Shown here: positions 12,326-26,256 of the stretch, piece after piece
How the letters are laid out: each line of letters starts with the position of its first letter
Position numbering within the stretch: position 1 is the stretch's first letter
NCBI GenBank assembly: GCA_020891255.1
Contig: BQFW01000008.1
Coordinates: 1,178,001 to 1,242,000, forward strand
Direction of reading: 5' to 3'
Source: Entomortierella parvispora E1425
Lineage: Eukaryota; Fungi; Mortierellomycota
DNA length: 64,000 nt
Translations under genes and position numbers: made by a program
The notes under the pieces: model-generated
Database searches by the model: none
Seen by the model: only the letters and a program-made list of their open reading frames with translations
Told to the model about the DNA's origin: nothing

Positions 12326-14056
12326 TTTGATTTCCAGTCGAGTTGTGAAGAGAGAAAAGGGAAAAAAGAGTTAGACACGACATGGACCACGTGAAGGGGT
12401 CGTAGAGAGAGAGAAAACACTTTGGATAGACTTACTGTGTCTCATAAGCGTCCATTCCTAGAAAGGTCTGCGCCACCGCTTCATAGTACAGTTTAGCATC
12501 CTTGACATGGTTTCGAAAGTCGGTCGAGATATCGTTCAGATCCTTGACGGACTTGAGCAATCCATACGCGCGCTCATATTCCTCCTTGACGCCAATGGTC
12601 AACTTTGCCAAAAGGACATAGGAAGTCTTTGAGCTTGTGGTCGTGGAGGATCCCGATGTTGCTGAAACAGAAGAGGCGCGTGCGGCTTTGATGGATGCTT
12701 TGCGCACAGTGCAGGCATGAGCCTCGGCGAGAGCCAGTCTGTTTTTTAAAAAAGAGAAAAAAGAAAGAAAAAAGGGTGAAGCCTCTTATGTTAACGCCAT
12801 GGTGGCGGACAAAAACATGCATGGTGGCGTTGCAAAAAAAGATGATCATACTTGATATGAGCAGAGACGAGACTGGTCTGAACATCGACGGGTCGAGCAC
12901 TCTCAGGGACAATCTTGCCCAATCCCACAGGTCCATGGTTGGAAACTGCGGTCAGAGCTGCAGTCACGGAGGCGATCCTCTGGTTCCAACGGGGGATCAT
13001 CTGCTGGGTAATATACTCAAAGACCCCTGCGGCCTTGCAATACAGGTCGGCGGCCGAAGTCAACTGATGGTCGATCCCGGCCAAATCCTCGTCCGTCAAG
13101 TAATCTGTAAACTCGCCAATGGTGTTACTGGTGCCTTTGCTTGACTTTGAGCTCTTTTTGAACAACCGGGATCCACTGCTATTGCCACTGCTGCTACCAC
13201 CGCCTCCACCGCCACTCCCGCTTCCGTCGATGCCACCGCTGCTACCGCCAATGCCCATTCCACTGCTGCTTATAGAACCACCACTGCCAGTACTGCCACT
13301 GCTATGAAGACCTGCTCCAATCATGGAAGATCCGTCGCCATATCCTCCAGTGTAGTTCGATACGTCCCCAATGGCGACCTGAATCCGTCTCTGGACCGAC
13401 TGTGAGGTTTCATTGGCCCGGTCCATGAGCACATAGCCTAATGTCAAGAGCGTGAAGATGGCCTCGTAATAGATAGACTTTTGCTTCACTCTTGGCTGCT
13501 TGGAGGAAAGTGCTGCGCTCGAGAGAGTGCAACGCCATGTCGTTTCTAATAGATCCCAAGAGAAGACAAGGCAAGAAGAAGGAAAACGTGATCCAGTCAA
13601 TAGCTGCCCTACTCAACAAAGTCGCGCCGTTTCAATCCTCCTTGACCATGCTCAGTCACTGTCTTTCTTATGCTCCATCCTTCGTATCGTACCCACATCC
13701 GCTGTCAAGATCAATTCCGAGTTCTCGATCCCTGCCACGTAGCCAAACAGCAGCGGAATGTAATCTTCAAGAGCCTATCGAAAGAAGAGACGCCAATTGA
13801 GTAAATAATCGTTGTCCTCTCCCACTTGACCTTTTTTTTTTCATCCACCCCCGTCTATTTTGCAGCTTGCCTTTTGAATATTCAAAAGGTCGTGTCGGTC
13901 TGAATGCTTGTACTCCTTGAGAGCTGTCCGGAGTCGACCCCGAAACGCAGTCGCGTTGGAGAGCGCCTGCTGGTACTGGGCATTCGGTGCAATGAAGTCC
14001 AAAAGCGACACATTGGCCGTTGTGGGGAGAGTGTAAGGGAAGCCTGCGGTCGTCAT
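11948..14056 (-). CDS. palC: pH-response regulator PalC-like BRO1-domain protein (5 exons)
   Basis: N-terminus FPYTLPTT...RGRLRTALK..K / ALEDYIPLL; WKSALSS; YYEAIFTL; AADLYCKAAGVF; YGKAIGF; INDSVTFHKVP...MPSGR; aromatic C-terminus GAYF*. Intron 1 (13775-13870) is GC-AG. Confidence 0.8.
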
Positions 14057-14397
14057 TGGTTGGATGCGCCGCTAAAAAATACTGTGTAATGAAGGGGGAG
14101 GGGAAAGAGGTAAAGAGATGTAATTTCATGAACAATGCATGATGCATGCTTTTTTAAACGAAGGCTGTGGACTCGCCAATCCCCATACAATTTTGACTCC
14201 GCACAGCACATCCTAGAAAGTCGACAACAGCCAAATAAAACATAATATACCAAGCATGGGTAACAATGAAACATACGAGTGGGCAGCCCAAAGGCTGCAT
14301 CGCATAGATTTATTGAAAGTAAAAGCCTGAAATCGCGTTGGACTTGAAAGAAACAAAGCTCTCAGAACGCAGGCGAATGCTCAAAGGCAGAGACACC

Positions 14398-16008
<1,611 letters not shown>

Positions 16009-16109
16009 ATGGACAGTCACTCGTCTCTCCGCTTGTGGCAACTTGCATGCATGAAGGCTGATCAACACGCCTGCTCTTCACTTCGATTCTCCTCTAGTGC
16101 ACACGGACC

Positions 16110-19100
16110 ATGGCATCCCTCCCCTTGATCCAGCCTTCACTTAAGGCTCCTGCTGATGGTGCTCGCGCCACTAAGCGGTCCATCTTCAGCAACCCTACCG
16201 AGGACATCTACTCAGACATGGACTTGGACCTGGACAAGGACGGCAACGAGGGCGATTCTGTCTCCTGGGTGCATCTCGACCCCAGCCCCATTGGCAAGGA
16301 CACGACTGTCGAGAAATGGTCCCAAAGTAACAGAACACTCCAGTCGACTTTTAGACCCAGCACTAACGAACTGGCCGTGTATGTTGCAGGAAAGAAGGCC
16401 GCAGAGCAGGTGCGTCCCACAAAACGCGTTTTTCATTTTTGTTCTTTCTCCCTGTCATGAAATTTGCTCTTTGCACGTCCACTGATAATATTTTTCTGAT
16501 CCCAATAGTTCCCTGTCAAACAAACCGCTTCTTCAAAGGACAACATTGTCTTTTTGTGCCAGGAAACCATTCCTGAATTCAGACTGCCGGTAAGGAAGAG
16601 GAGACAACCCAACGCTTGCCGGATTGGTCAATTGTACTCACTCGCGTCTTTCCCTTTAGTTCATCAAACGAATGTATGGAGTTTTCCTCGACACACTATC
16701 CAAGGACCCTTACGCCACACCAGAGCTCTACCAGAGAAGCTTTGATCGGTATTACGAAGGAATTGAACGCTACCTTTTGAGACTGGATGTAAGACTACGC
16801 CTATGTATTATTAGACGCACGTGGCGTGGATTGAGAACAGCCAATTGACGGAATATGTTGAAACTATTAGGCACTAGCAACTACCACGGAGGACACAGAA
16901 AAAGTACAGGCTATCACTCAGGAGGCTGAGCTCATGGACAAACTTCGCTCAATCTGGCAACTTGCAGAATACATGTTTCTCACTGCTGACGACAAACAGC
17001 CCATCGCGTTCCTCTATGGCGAATGGTTGACAAGGCACGATGGAGGTAGGCACTACCTGTTATTTACAACTGAATTATGATGCTACAACACCACACTATT
17101 GTACTGACTTTACTTACTATCTCGTCGTTGGCATGGAAGGAATGGACCCTGAAGTTGGAGAAAAATTGCTCGCTGCTACTGGCAAACTTTCCCAGCCAGA
17201 TTTCTGGCCTTATGTATACCAGTAAGCAGCCCGTCACATTTGTTGCGCCGGACGTCATTGGAATGCCAGGCATATTAACACTCTGTATTCTCTAGATGTC
17301 TTCTTCGAGGAATGAAAAACTCGGTCGTATTCATGGTGGAACAAGCGTTGAATGAGGAAGAGGACGAGAACACTGCCGATGCCCTTGATGCCTTTTTGGG
17401 CGTTCTTCGCGGAATACCATCCTCAGAAATGTTACTTCCTGATGGAAAGACTCGCGGACGCCATGGACACTGGATGGAACAGTGCCAGTGAGTAGCAGCA
17501 GACGTAGCTGGGTCATTTATGGTAGCTACTGATTTTTTTTCTAACTGTTTCCATTTGTACTCCTGTAGAAAATTCGCGAAATCACCTCTACTTTTATACT
17601 TGGGATCAGAAGCCGACACTGCAATGAGCATATTGACAGGAGATGTGGAGACCATTCTCGAAAGTACAACGTCCTGGGAAGAGGCATTCTCGGCTCTTTT
17701 ACTGTATACCGATCCTGAATGCTCTCGTCATGACTTGATGTAAGTGCTCTGGACACGTCGCAGCATGGTGTGCTTAATGGCGTAGAATGTGTACTCATCA
17801 TCATTGTGTACTACTTTCAGGCCACTACTGAGCTCTTGTGTAGAAAAATACCTGAAAGGCAAGGATGTTTCATTGCTGGACAAGATCAAAGTTGGAATTC
17901 TCGAGCTAGATGCCATCAAGGTAAAAACTGGACTGTTATCACCAGGACGGACCTGCAAGTTCCGTTCAAAGTTATTAATAATATCCATATGATATCTAGA
18001 CGATTCGCTACTGTGGCAACTTCCATCCATTGCTAGTGGCTCATTTGGCAGATGTATTTCAGCAATACGGATATTTGGACATCTCGGATATGCAATTGCA
18101 GGATACCATTGCTTTGGGATGGGATTCCAACATTCGCGACTTTTTCATTACCAGCTACGCTCACAGCTTAATGGCAGATCCAAGTCTTTGGGAAGAGATT
18201 GCTGGATACTTGCTAAACTGCGGTCATACTGGACGCGCTATGTTATCTGAGGTAAGCCCCAACTTGATCAATAAGGACTGATTTTTTTTTTCAACAGTGA
18301 CCTCGCCTAACACTTACCATTGCGGTGACTGTAGTGGATTTGCCATGTCCCTATGGAGTCCTCGACAAAAGCCCACAAGGTTCTCAAGTTTTGCAAAGAT
18401 AACAACCTCACAGATTCTCTGAGGTCCATTAACAGGGTAAGTTTCAAGACAGACATTTCAAAGCGGATACATGAGAGACCTATGTCCTAAAAGGCTGCAT
18501 TTATACGTAGGTTATGGCTGTGGAGGAAGAAAAGCGTGGGCAGTACGCCCTAGCCATCCAGCATTTCATTGCATCCAAAGATGGTGACCGGGTCGCCAAG
18601 GTCGCTGACAATATGATGCTCAAGTATCTCGCTGGCAAGCTCGATATTGACGAGGCTCTTAGCACTCTCCCAGCCTCTACTTCACCAAACGAACACGTCG
18701 AATTCCTAAGATCATATGCCTCATTCCAACGGGACTACAAGGTAACGCTTTTTTTTTATCTGTCAGGTGGACGGCAGAGTTTGGTGTCTCGTGTTTGTTG
18801 TTAATCCCGTAAACAAAATTATTCCTTAGAACGGCAAATTCACCGAGGCTGCGGGCACTCTTGTCGCCATCCTGGCCACCGAGAAGGCACCAAAGAAATA
18901 TTGGGCAATCCTCCTAATGGATGCACTCCCTTTGTTGGAACACAAGGACAAGGTGGTCTTTGATTCACACGATACCTACGAGTTGATGCAGTGCCTCGAA
19001 GAGATTATTGGATCCCAATTCAAGGATGAATATCTCCAGCTCCTGCCTCCTTCTCCTGCCGCCTCTTCTGCTGGATCGGTTGTTGATGAGCGGGAGAAAC

Positions 19101-19201
19101 AATTGGATGTGCTCCGTCTGGCCCTTGTGAGGAACTTGGCACGATCTCTAGTCCATCCACCCCGGGAAGCGGATGATGATGAGGAGATGATGTCGCTGTA
19201 G
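16110..19201 (+). CDS. NUP85: Nucleoporin Nup85 (about 12 exons)
   Basis: FWPYVY, SWEEAFSALLLYTDPEC, LVAHLAD, LWEEIAGYLLNC and DALPLLE.K..VVF....TYELMQCLEEI are Nup85-type motifs. Consistent GT-AG introns. Confidence 0.88.
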
Positions 19202-19440
19202 ACACTCATAAATAATCTCTCTTTTTTCTTTGAAAGGTCGATGCTGTTTTATTTTGAGGAAAAGAAAAAAATGGAGTGATCTACAAATGCTGGGGTTGGG
19301 AGAGAGGAGGGAAGATGCTTTCTGTACTTTTGTGTGCAAAAAGATTTTTTTTTTTTTTTTTGCTGTGTATCATTTGAGGAAAGAGAAAAGGAGAGAAAGA
19401 AAAAAAAAGAGCTGCGACCGCTTTTCTTTGTTTTTCCTTC

Positions 19441-20527
19441 TTAGATCTCCTTCTTCATGGCATACTTGGCATCCTTGGCATCCTTGGCAGCCTGGGCAGC
19501 CTTGACTCTGTTTCCATACATCTTTCTGGCGAAGGCGGTGAAGAGGTAGATCAAGGGGAAAACGTAGGCGAGGACGGTCCAGATGGCGAAACGGGAGCCG
19601 GGGTTGGAGAAGCAGCCGCTAGGGGCACCAATCTCGTACCAGAAGGCCAAGGAGGTGCCGACCCAGAACTGGGTGATCTGCATGGAAGTCAAGTACTTCT
19701 TGCCGGGGGGCTTCAGTCCAACAGAGGTAGCGGCGTAGTAGGCGTACATGATGGTGTGGACAAAGGAGTTGAAGGTGGTGAAGATCCAGATGGGGTGGGC
19801 GCGGTAGTTGTAACCCATGTACATGGTGATGATGGCGCCAGCGTGGTGGTAGGTCTGCAAGAGCGAAGAGCGACGGCCCTTGAGAAGAATGATGATGGTA
19901 TCGACAATCTCGTAGTATTTGGAGAGGTAGAAGTAGTACGAGTAGTAGCCGAGGCTGGTCCAGAAGGTGCCGTCAGTGTCGCAAACCTGTTGGTGAAAAG
20001 AGAGAGAACGAATAAAGTGGTTAGTTTATCAAAAGTGGATTGTCATTCATCTACTGCTATTTCCTTGTTATTGCATTTATCCTAGATGATCGACTTACAG
20101 CCTCGATGAAGGTGTGGGTGGACAAGGCCTTCTTCCAGGCAAAGAACATTCCGTAAAAGGTCCAGGCAGAGTAGACGCAGAGGATGGTGTTGTGAACAAA
20201 GACAAGGGCGGTCATGGCGGGTGAAGACTGGGAGAGCTCCTGCTTCTTGTCCTTGGATCCTTCCTTGGAGGCATTGGCAGCAGCGACAACGCGAGAGACC
20301 TTGCCCTGCTTGGGGTTCAAGAGAACGACCATGAGGACATAGAGGGCAGCGACGATGAAGGGCGTGCGCCAGTTGACGAGGAGATCATGGTACTCGGGGT
20401 AAAGAATGCCCTTGGGCTGGGGGGCGATGGCCCAGTCCTGGGTGTTCTTGAAGATGTGGCGGTCGTCCTCAAAGTCGAGGTTGAGGTACTTTGAGCCGAG
20501 GTCCTTGAGGATCTGAATGGACTCCAT
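19441..20527 (-). CDS. GNS1/SUR4 (ELO) fatty-acid elongase, MALCE1/ELO3-like C16/C18 type (2 exons; intron 19987-20098)
   Basis: FYLSKYYEIVDT, LQTYHH His-box variant, NSFVHTIMYAYY, TSMQITQF and a C-terminal KKEI ER-retrieval signal. Confidence 0.93.
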
Positions 20528-22362
20528 GGTATTGCGAATGAGGAGGGGGGAATGGGAGAGAATGAATGAATGGGGAGGAGAAGAGGGAAGGGAAGAAAAG
20601 AGGAAAGGAAAGAGAAAAGGTCCTTTTCAGTCTGTCCGTCATCAACGGTGTGAGAAAAGGAAAACTCCGCTTGGATGTTTCCCCTACTTGACCGTTGCAA
20701 AGGATTTCTCCGAGGGTTGCCGGGCCCTGTCTTGACTGGCAGGCAAGGTTCTTCTTGTCAACTTCCTCTGTTGCGTACGTCTGAACTCAAGTTGCGCTGA
20801 ATGCATCGACGCCATGGCCCTGCTCTCTTTTTTTGATGGGGCAACTCTCTCTCACGCCCAGGGAGGCCGAGTCCTCAAAACGTCGTTGTCTTGTGCGACC
20901 AAACAAACCCGTGTTCGTCTGCTCTGTGCGTTTCCAGGTTGTCCTTTCCCGCGGCTGGCTGGCTGGTAGACCCCGTCGAGCAGACACGATTTGGACGGTA
21001 GACGATGCCGTTGGCTTAGCGCTGAGGCTCCGCACGTTGTTGGGGGTGTGGAAGATGTGGAGATTGCGAGGCGTGGTTGCGTCTAACTTTGCCAACGACT
21101 CCGCCCCCTCCCCCTGTTTCTTACCCATCGGGCTTGCTCCTGAAAGGGCGGTTTTTGGATTCGCTGTTTTTTTGTTTGGTTTTGATTTCGCTGAGACCCG
21201 GCCTTTAACCTCTTTGCTTTGGATAGTTCCGGATTCAGGATTCACTCTAGTCTGGCCAGGATGCCCTGCTCCCATTTTTTATTCCGTCGAAAAGGGATCC
21301 CCTCAGATTGCATTGCCCCCCCCCCCCCCCCCCCCTGCCACCCCTACCCAGTTCTGGGGTCAGTGACATCGCAATGCGCACTTGGCTGTGAATGAACCAC
21401 TTCTTTTTTTCCTGCAGCTCTTGCGTGCGTCCACAAAACCACCTCCTCTGGCAGCACTGTTATCGGCTCAACCCTTCCTCATGCGACGCCATGCGCTCCC
21501 TGCTTTGTCCTCAGCCTTTTGTTTTTGTTTGTTTTTTTGTTTTTATTTCATTGAGCAGGTCTTCTCTTTCTTAGTTCTCCTTTTTTTTCAATCGGAAAGG
21601 GCGTGGAGAGCTTAATGCCCACGGCGATATGGTGCATCCAAGGAATCGGACAGGAATTATAGATGCATGAGAAAATGACGTAGAAAACAGAGGATAGGTT
21701 CTAAAAGCGGCAAGGAGAGGGAACGTGCGAAAAAGTGTCTAGGAGAATGCACGGTCGTCTAGCGTAGCGCGTTCTTTGGGCTTTAAATCGACGGACCCAC
21801 AGTCTACCATGCAGATTAGAGTTGCATCCCTTGACCGAAGGCGACCCTGCAGTAACCCGGTTACCTTGCAGATCGTGACGGTCTGCCCTGTGTGGAAAAA
21901 AAAGGTGAGGTTAGATCATCTATCGAGAGAGCGAGGGACAAGAAAGGGGGGGAGATGGTACTTTTTGTTGCTGTTGATCCCATCCCTTGCCCTTCTCGCA
22001 CCCACTGTCCCCTGACTGATACCTTTCCTGTTGCTTGAGCGGCAAGAAAGGGTACAAAAGCAAGAGCTGGATCATCCCTAGCTCCGGCTGCCTATCTTCA
22101 CGTCCACTCTGATGTGTTCCCGCAAAGCACAAGCTCGCTGAGAAAAAAAAACATTTTACTCACGCACGCCTAAGTGGAGAAAGGAAGGGTGCAAGGAGAG
22201 GTCACCCGCACAGGGAGAAAGAGACGGTCCGCCAGTTTCCATTCCATCCTGGATTCTTCCCGCCCAAGAGTCCCTCCTTGTGCCATCTCCACTCCTTGCC
22301 ACCCCCTCGAATGGCATCTCTCCATCAAGCAAAAAAAAAAAACTCCATCGCTCCCTTGACCG

Positions 22363-22369
22363 TATAAAA
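22363..22369 (+). promoter_or_regulatory. TATA box of the SUR7/PalI-family gene
   Basis: TATAAAA about 90 bp upstream of the ATG at 22458. Confidence 0.5.
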
Positions 22370-22457
22370 CCACGGTGTCGTTTCCAGCCCGCCCTTTTAT
22401 TCAAACAGCACCACCTTTATTTCGAACTGAACATACAGCCACCACCGCCTTTCTAGC

Positions 22458-23458
22458 ATGTTCATCCCCATTGTATCTTTCCTCGTCAACTTGGCGGCAG
22501 CCCTGTTGTTGTTCCTTGTCACCGTTGGAGACCTTGCTATTGCCCGCTTCTTTACCAGCTTCTATTTCTTGAAGGTAAAAATCCTGCTTGGTCGAACACA
22601 CTCATCTTTTGTTGGACCACATCGCTCACCCTGCCTACGGTCTATGTAGGTTGCTTACACCGGTGGCAATGGACCACAAGGTGGTTGGTTGGACGTGACA
22701 TACGACTTTTTGACGTTTGGTCTTTGGAACTTTTGTGAGGGTTCTAACAACGTGGTCAATGCCTGCAGCCGTGGCCAAGTTGGTTATACTCTCAGTAGGT
22801 GAAAAATGTCAACGATAGATGTACCGCTGTCGTTGTTTCAGTTGTCCTAACTCTTTTCTCTCTCATCGGATGGTATAACCTGTGCTGCACTCCAGACCCC
22901 ATCCCTTCCATTCACCGCGTTGACGAGGAATACGTGTCCAATGCTATTCGAACCTTCAACAAGGTGACCGTCCTTTACATCCCAGGTATGCCACAATGAT
23001 GACGAGTTTACCCTCAGTTTACTTTCTTTTTTTCTTTACAAAAAAAAAAAAAAAAAAAAAACCCTTTCTCACTGTAACCGTTTGACATCTTCTTAGCGAC
23101 TTGCATTGCATTTCTGGCGTTCTTACTCTCGTTTGTGGCGCTATTCCCGCGTTTCCGCAAGCGCTGGATGCATGGTCTTTCGGCCATTTTGTCACTTCTG
23201 GTGACACTCTGCTCTGTCCTGCTGTTGATTGTGGTTTTCACAGTGAACGGAACCCGCAAAGTCCAATACGAGAGGCACTTGGACCCCGAGGTATCGGTCA
23301 AGTTTGGTCCAGGGATGTGGATCACGCTGGTGCTGGTGCCTTTGACAGTATTTGGATCACTCTTTGGTGCGTTTGCGGTGTGCTGCCCCGGCCGTCTTGA
23401 ACGGCAGCCAAGGGATGGCCCTGCGTCCAAGGAGGAGATGGCCGAACCGCTGGCGTGA
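22458..23458 (+). CDS. SUR7/PalI-family four-TM membrane protein (4 exons)
   Basis: N-terminal TM, claudin-like FGLWNFC...C loop motif and three further hydrophobic helices. Introns start at about 22575, 22796 and 22987. Confidence 0.82.
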
Positions 23459-23650
23459 AAAGGATTGACGTCCTATCTATTTTTCTCGTATGCATCTATT
23501 CCCCTTTTCAATTTAATAAAAAATATCGCATCAAACATAAGCGAAGGATATACAGCATGCAGAGGACTACCCGAAGAAAAGAGTTTCCAGGAAAGGTTCA
23601 TGGTGCAACGCGCTGCATATTAAGGTCTTCTGCCGTTCTTCTTCAGTTGA

Positions 23651-23838
23651 TGCTGTTCGGATGCTGTTTGTGTGCTGTTTGTGTGCTCTTTGTCTGCCGG
23701 CGTGCTGTTTGTGTGCGGGATTGCTGTTTGTGTGCGGGATTGCTGTTTGTGTGCGGGATTGCTGTTTGCGTGCGGGATTGTTGTTTGAGTGCTGTTTGAG
23801 AGCCGCATCCAGCAATCCCGCACACAAACAGCACATCA
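23651..23838. repeat. 19-bp minisatellite (TGCTGTTTGTGTGCGGGAT) x4 plus degenerate units, followed by an inverted copy
   Basis: Copies at 23703-23721, 23722-23740, 23741-23759 and 23760-23778 (one mismatch). 23811-23834 is the exact reverse complement of 23702-23725. Confidence 0.95.
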
Positions 23839-23910
23839 GCATACGCGACACAAACTACTATTGTCCGAGCAGCACAGCTATAGAGCAAATCTGTTCTTGA
23901 CAACTCAAAG

Positions 23911-24483
23911 ATGATTATCTATCTCAATAACCCTTCTGACGCCGTAGAGGCTGGAAAGTTTTTGCGATCGTTCACGTAGTATTTTCATGAAAAGCACAAA
24001 TCACAGATCATGATACGTACCTAGTGGGGACACATCGACACGATGGTGAGCGAGCTGGCATTCTTGATCAATCACGAACGTGGGGTCGATTGTCTGAGCG
24101 CGGGAGGGAGAATCTATGCTTTTGATGGCCACGCAGGTTGGGACCTAGAGTTCCAGTAAGAGATCTATTGAAGAGAAACTCGTAGTTGATAGATCTGCTT
24201 CGGGCACGTTTGACTGATCTTTTTTTTCTGGTGATCTGCAGAATCGAGATTTGTGTGGCCTGTGCGCAAGCATGCTGGTCTTTTCATCATCAAGAGAGGC
24301 CAGCTATGCAAGGTGTATTGGTGCTATTCGCTACAGAGATGTGTTGGAGAATGTGTTGGAGAACGTGTTTTGGATGAGGACACCTGTCGCTCCTTGACCG
24401 AGAACACCGGCTGTACTTGCCCTATTGAGTACATCTCCAACACCTTGATTCCCTGCATTGGAGGTCATGAAAGGGAACTCTGA
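23911..24483 (+). pseudogene. Possible decayed small gene of unknown family
   Basis: Protein-like segments (MIIYLNNPSDAVEAGKFLRSF; WGHIDTMVSELAFLINHERGVDCLSAGGRIYAFDGHAGWDLEF; a Cys-rich last segment) and a good GTAAGA...CTGCAG intron, but the phases do not join into one ORF. Confidence 0.25.
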
Positions 24484-25579
24484 GGCGTGCCTTTTGTTTT
24501 TTGCCATAAGATAAACGCAATAAAGATGCATGCCTCCAAGTAGGTCGTTCTCCCCATCGTTTATTCTATTACAGAAACTACCCAAGCCCGGCTTCTGGCC
24601 TACAATTCAAGGTATCCAAATATTGACCATGCTTTGAGTCTCTCTCCGTTATCCTTGATTCATCTCTCAAAAAAGACCACTCTCTAAAGGGTAGAATCTG
24701 GATCTGATGCAAAAGGCATCTCTTCCGAGAAGACATCTTTCTCAGCTTGCACAATGACCTGGACCTTCTTCCAAACTGCCTTGTTGACTTGCAGCGTTTC
24801 CCACGCAAACAAAAAAAGGAATGGTGCTAATTCACATGCGACATGGTGAAATGGAACCACCACCATCTGATTCTCCATTCTCGCGTGGTCCTGCATTCAT
24901 TCGCCATTCCATTCCACGACTCCTCGTTGCTGAGAACTTTGGAGACAGAGTTGGGCACTTCATACCAGATGTTGGCCAGCTCTTTCTCTCTCTCTCTCTC
25001 TCTCTCTGGCCTGTCAGCCAATCAGCGACTCGCAAGCCAGTCATCATCGACAGTGCGCCAAAAGGACGGCCATTGTTACATGGCGAGAATGACCCGGACG
25101 CACTCGATGGACCGCTGCTGGTGCGTCTGCTTTTTTTTGTGTTTATCTGCTTCGCCTTTTCCCCCTTCTCTCGTTTTCTCCTCTCCCTCACCCCCACCTC
25201 CCCCTCCACTTCCAGTCCACCACCTGCACCACTCCCAGTCCACCTTCACCTTCACCTTCACCTTCACACTCTATAAGGAGCATGGTCCTTCCACCACCAT
25301 ATCCCAAGGTTGCACCGCACCCGCGTCCATTCAGACACGAGAGCACAGCTCGTGTTTTTAAGGTATTTTGAAATCCAGCCAAACAAACACAGCCTGGCCG
25401 CAGCACTCTTCGATCCTTTTCAGTCTCTGACCCCCCCCCCCCCTGCATGCTATTTCCCTTTTCCATACGACCTCTGCAGCACCGCCCTGTCTGCTACGAA
25501 CGTTGCTTGCCGAGTCCTTGGTCTCTGCCCGTCTTCTTTGCGCCGACTTTGTGAGTCTCTCTGCCGTTCACGGTTTTCA

Positions 25580-26256
25580 AGACTCTGCCTCCCTGGCAGA
25601 TAGCTGTGCCCTTTGGGAAGAAGCTCTTTCCCTTTGGTGCCTGCCGCACTTCAAGAACGTTTTTTGCCCAGAGTGGTCGGGCTTGAGTGCAACCTCCCAA
25701 GCACACAAGTTCCACCTCTGAGCAAGCAAGGCCACGCTCCTCCGACACCTCCTGCCTTTCAAACCGGCTGCGCCTCTGAAGGCTCTACAGCAAGCCCACT
25801 CTCTGGATCATGCTCGTACCTTCCAAGCCCTCTGTTCGCCAACAGCATCCCTCCTCCATGGCTGCCCCACCCTCGAAGCACCTCCCTGGCTGTGCTTCCT
25901 GGTCGTGCAACTGCCCGTTTCGCGTTTGGGTCAACAACGAAAAGCAGTCCCATGTCGGCTGTGCCCCTTAAAATTGGCCAATCCGTCCTTGCCACCAACG
26001 CGTCTGGCCATCCATCTCTCCAAGACCTTGGAGACCAAGTGCGCGCCTTCCATCCAGTCAAGATTCTGTCAAGGGACAGCTGCTGCTTCCTTGCGGTACC
26101 TTTCTCCTCAACGGCAGTCATCTCAAGCCCTTGTCCGAGGACATGATGCTGCCAACAAGGTACATTGTGCCTGGCCGGTTGCCTACAAGCTTGATAAGGT
26201 ACGAAAGTATGGCAGTTGGTAGCGCTTCGGGACAAGGCGTCTGTAAGCGCCCCATG
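25580..26256 (-). pseudogene. Decayed paralog copy B of an unknown gene
   Basis: Frame RRLVPKRYQLPYFRTL...ERYRKEAAAVP*QNLDWMEGAHLVSKVLERWMARR, with a frameshift and stops. Homologous to 26840-27460. Confidence 0.5.

Noticed and set aside
20631-21275. Possible 5' UTR intron and Met-Asp-stop uORF for the elongase
   Set aside because: A long CT-rich tract directly before the ATG suggests a proximal TSS, so no upstream exon is needed.
23703-23778. Repeat array as a possible CRISPR
   Set aside because: Units are contiguous with no spacers, no cas genes, and the genome is eukaryotic.
25281-26146. Possible 3-exon Pro-rich + strand gene
   Set aside because: Splice signals can be forced, but there is no recognisable domain and substitution patterns favour the minus-strand frame.
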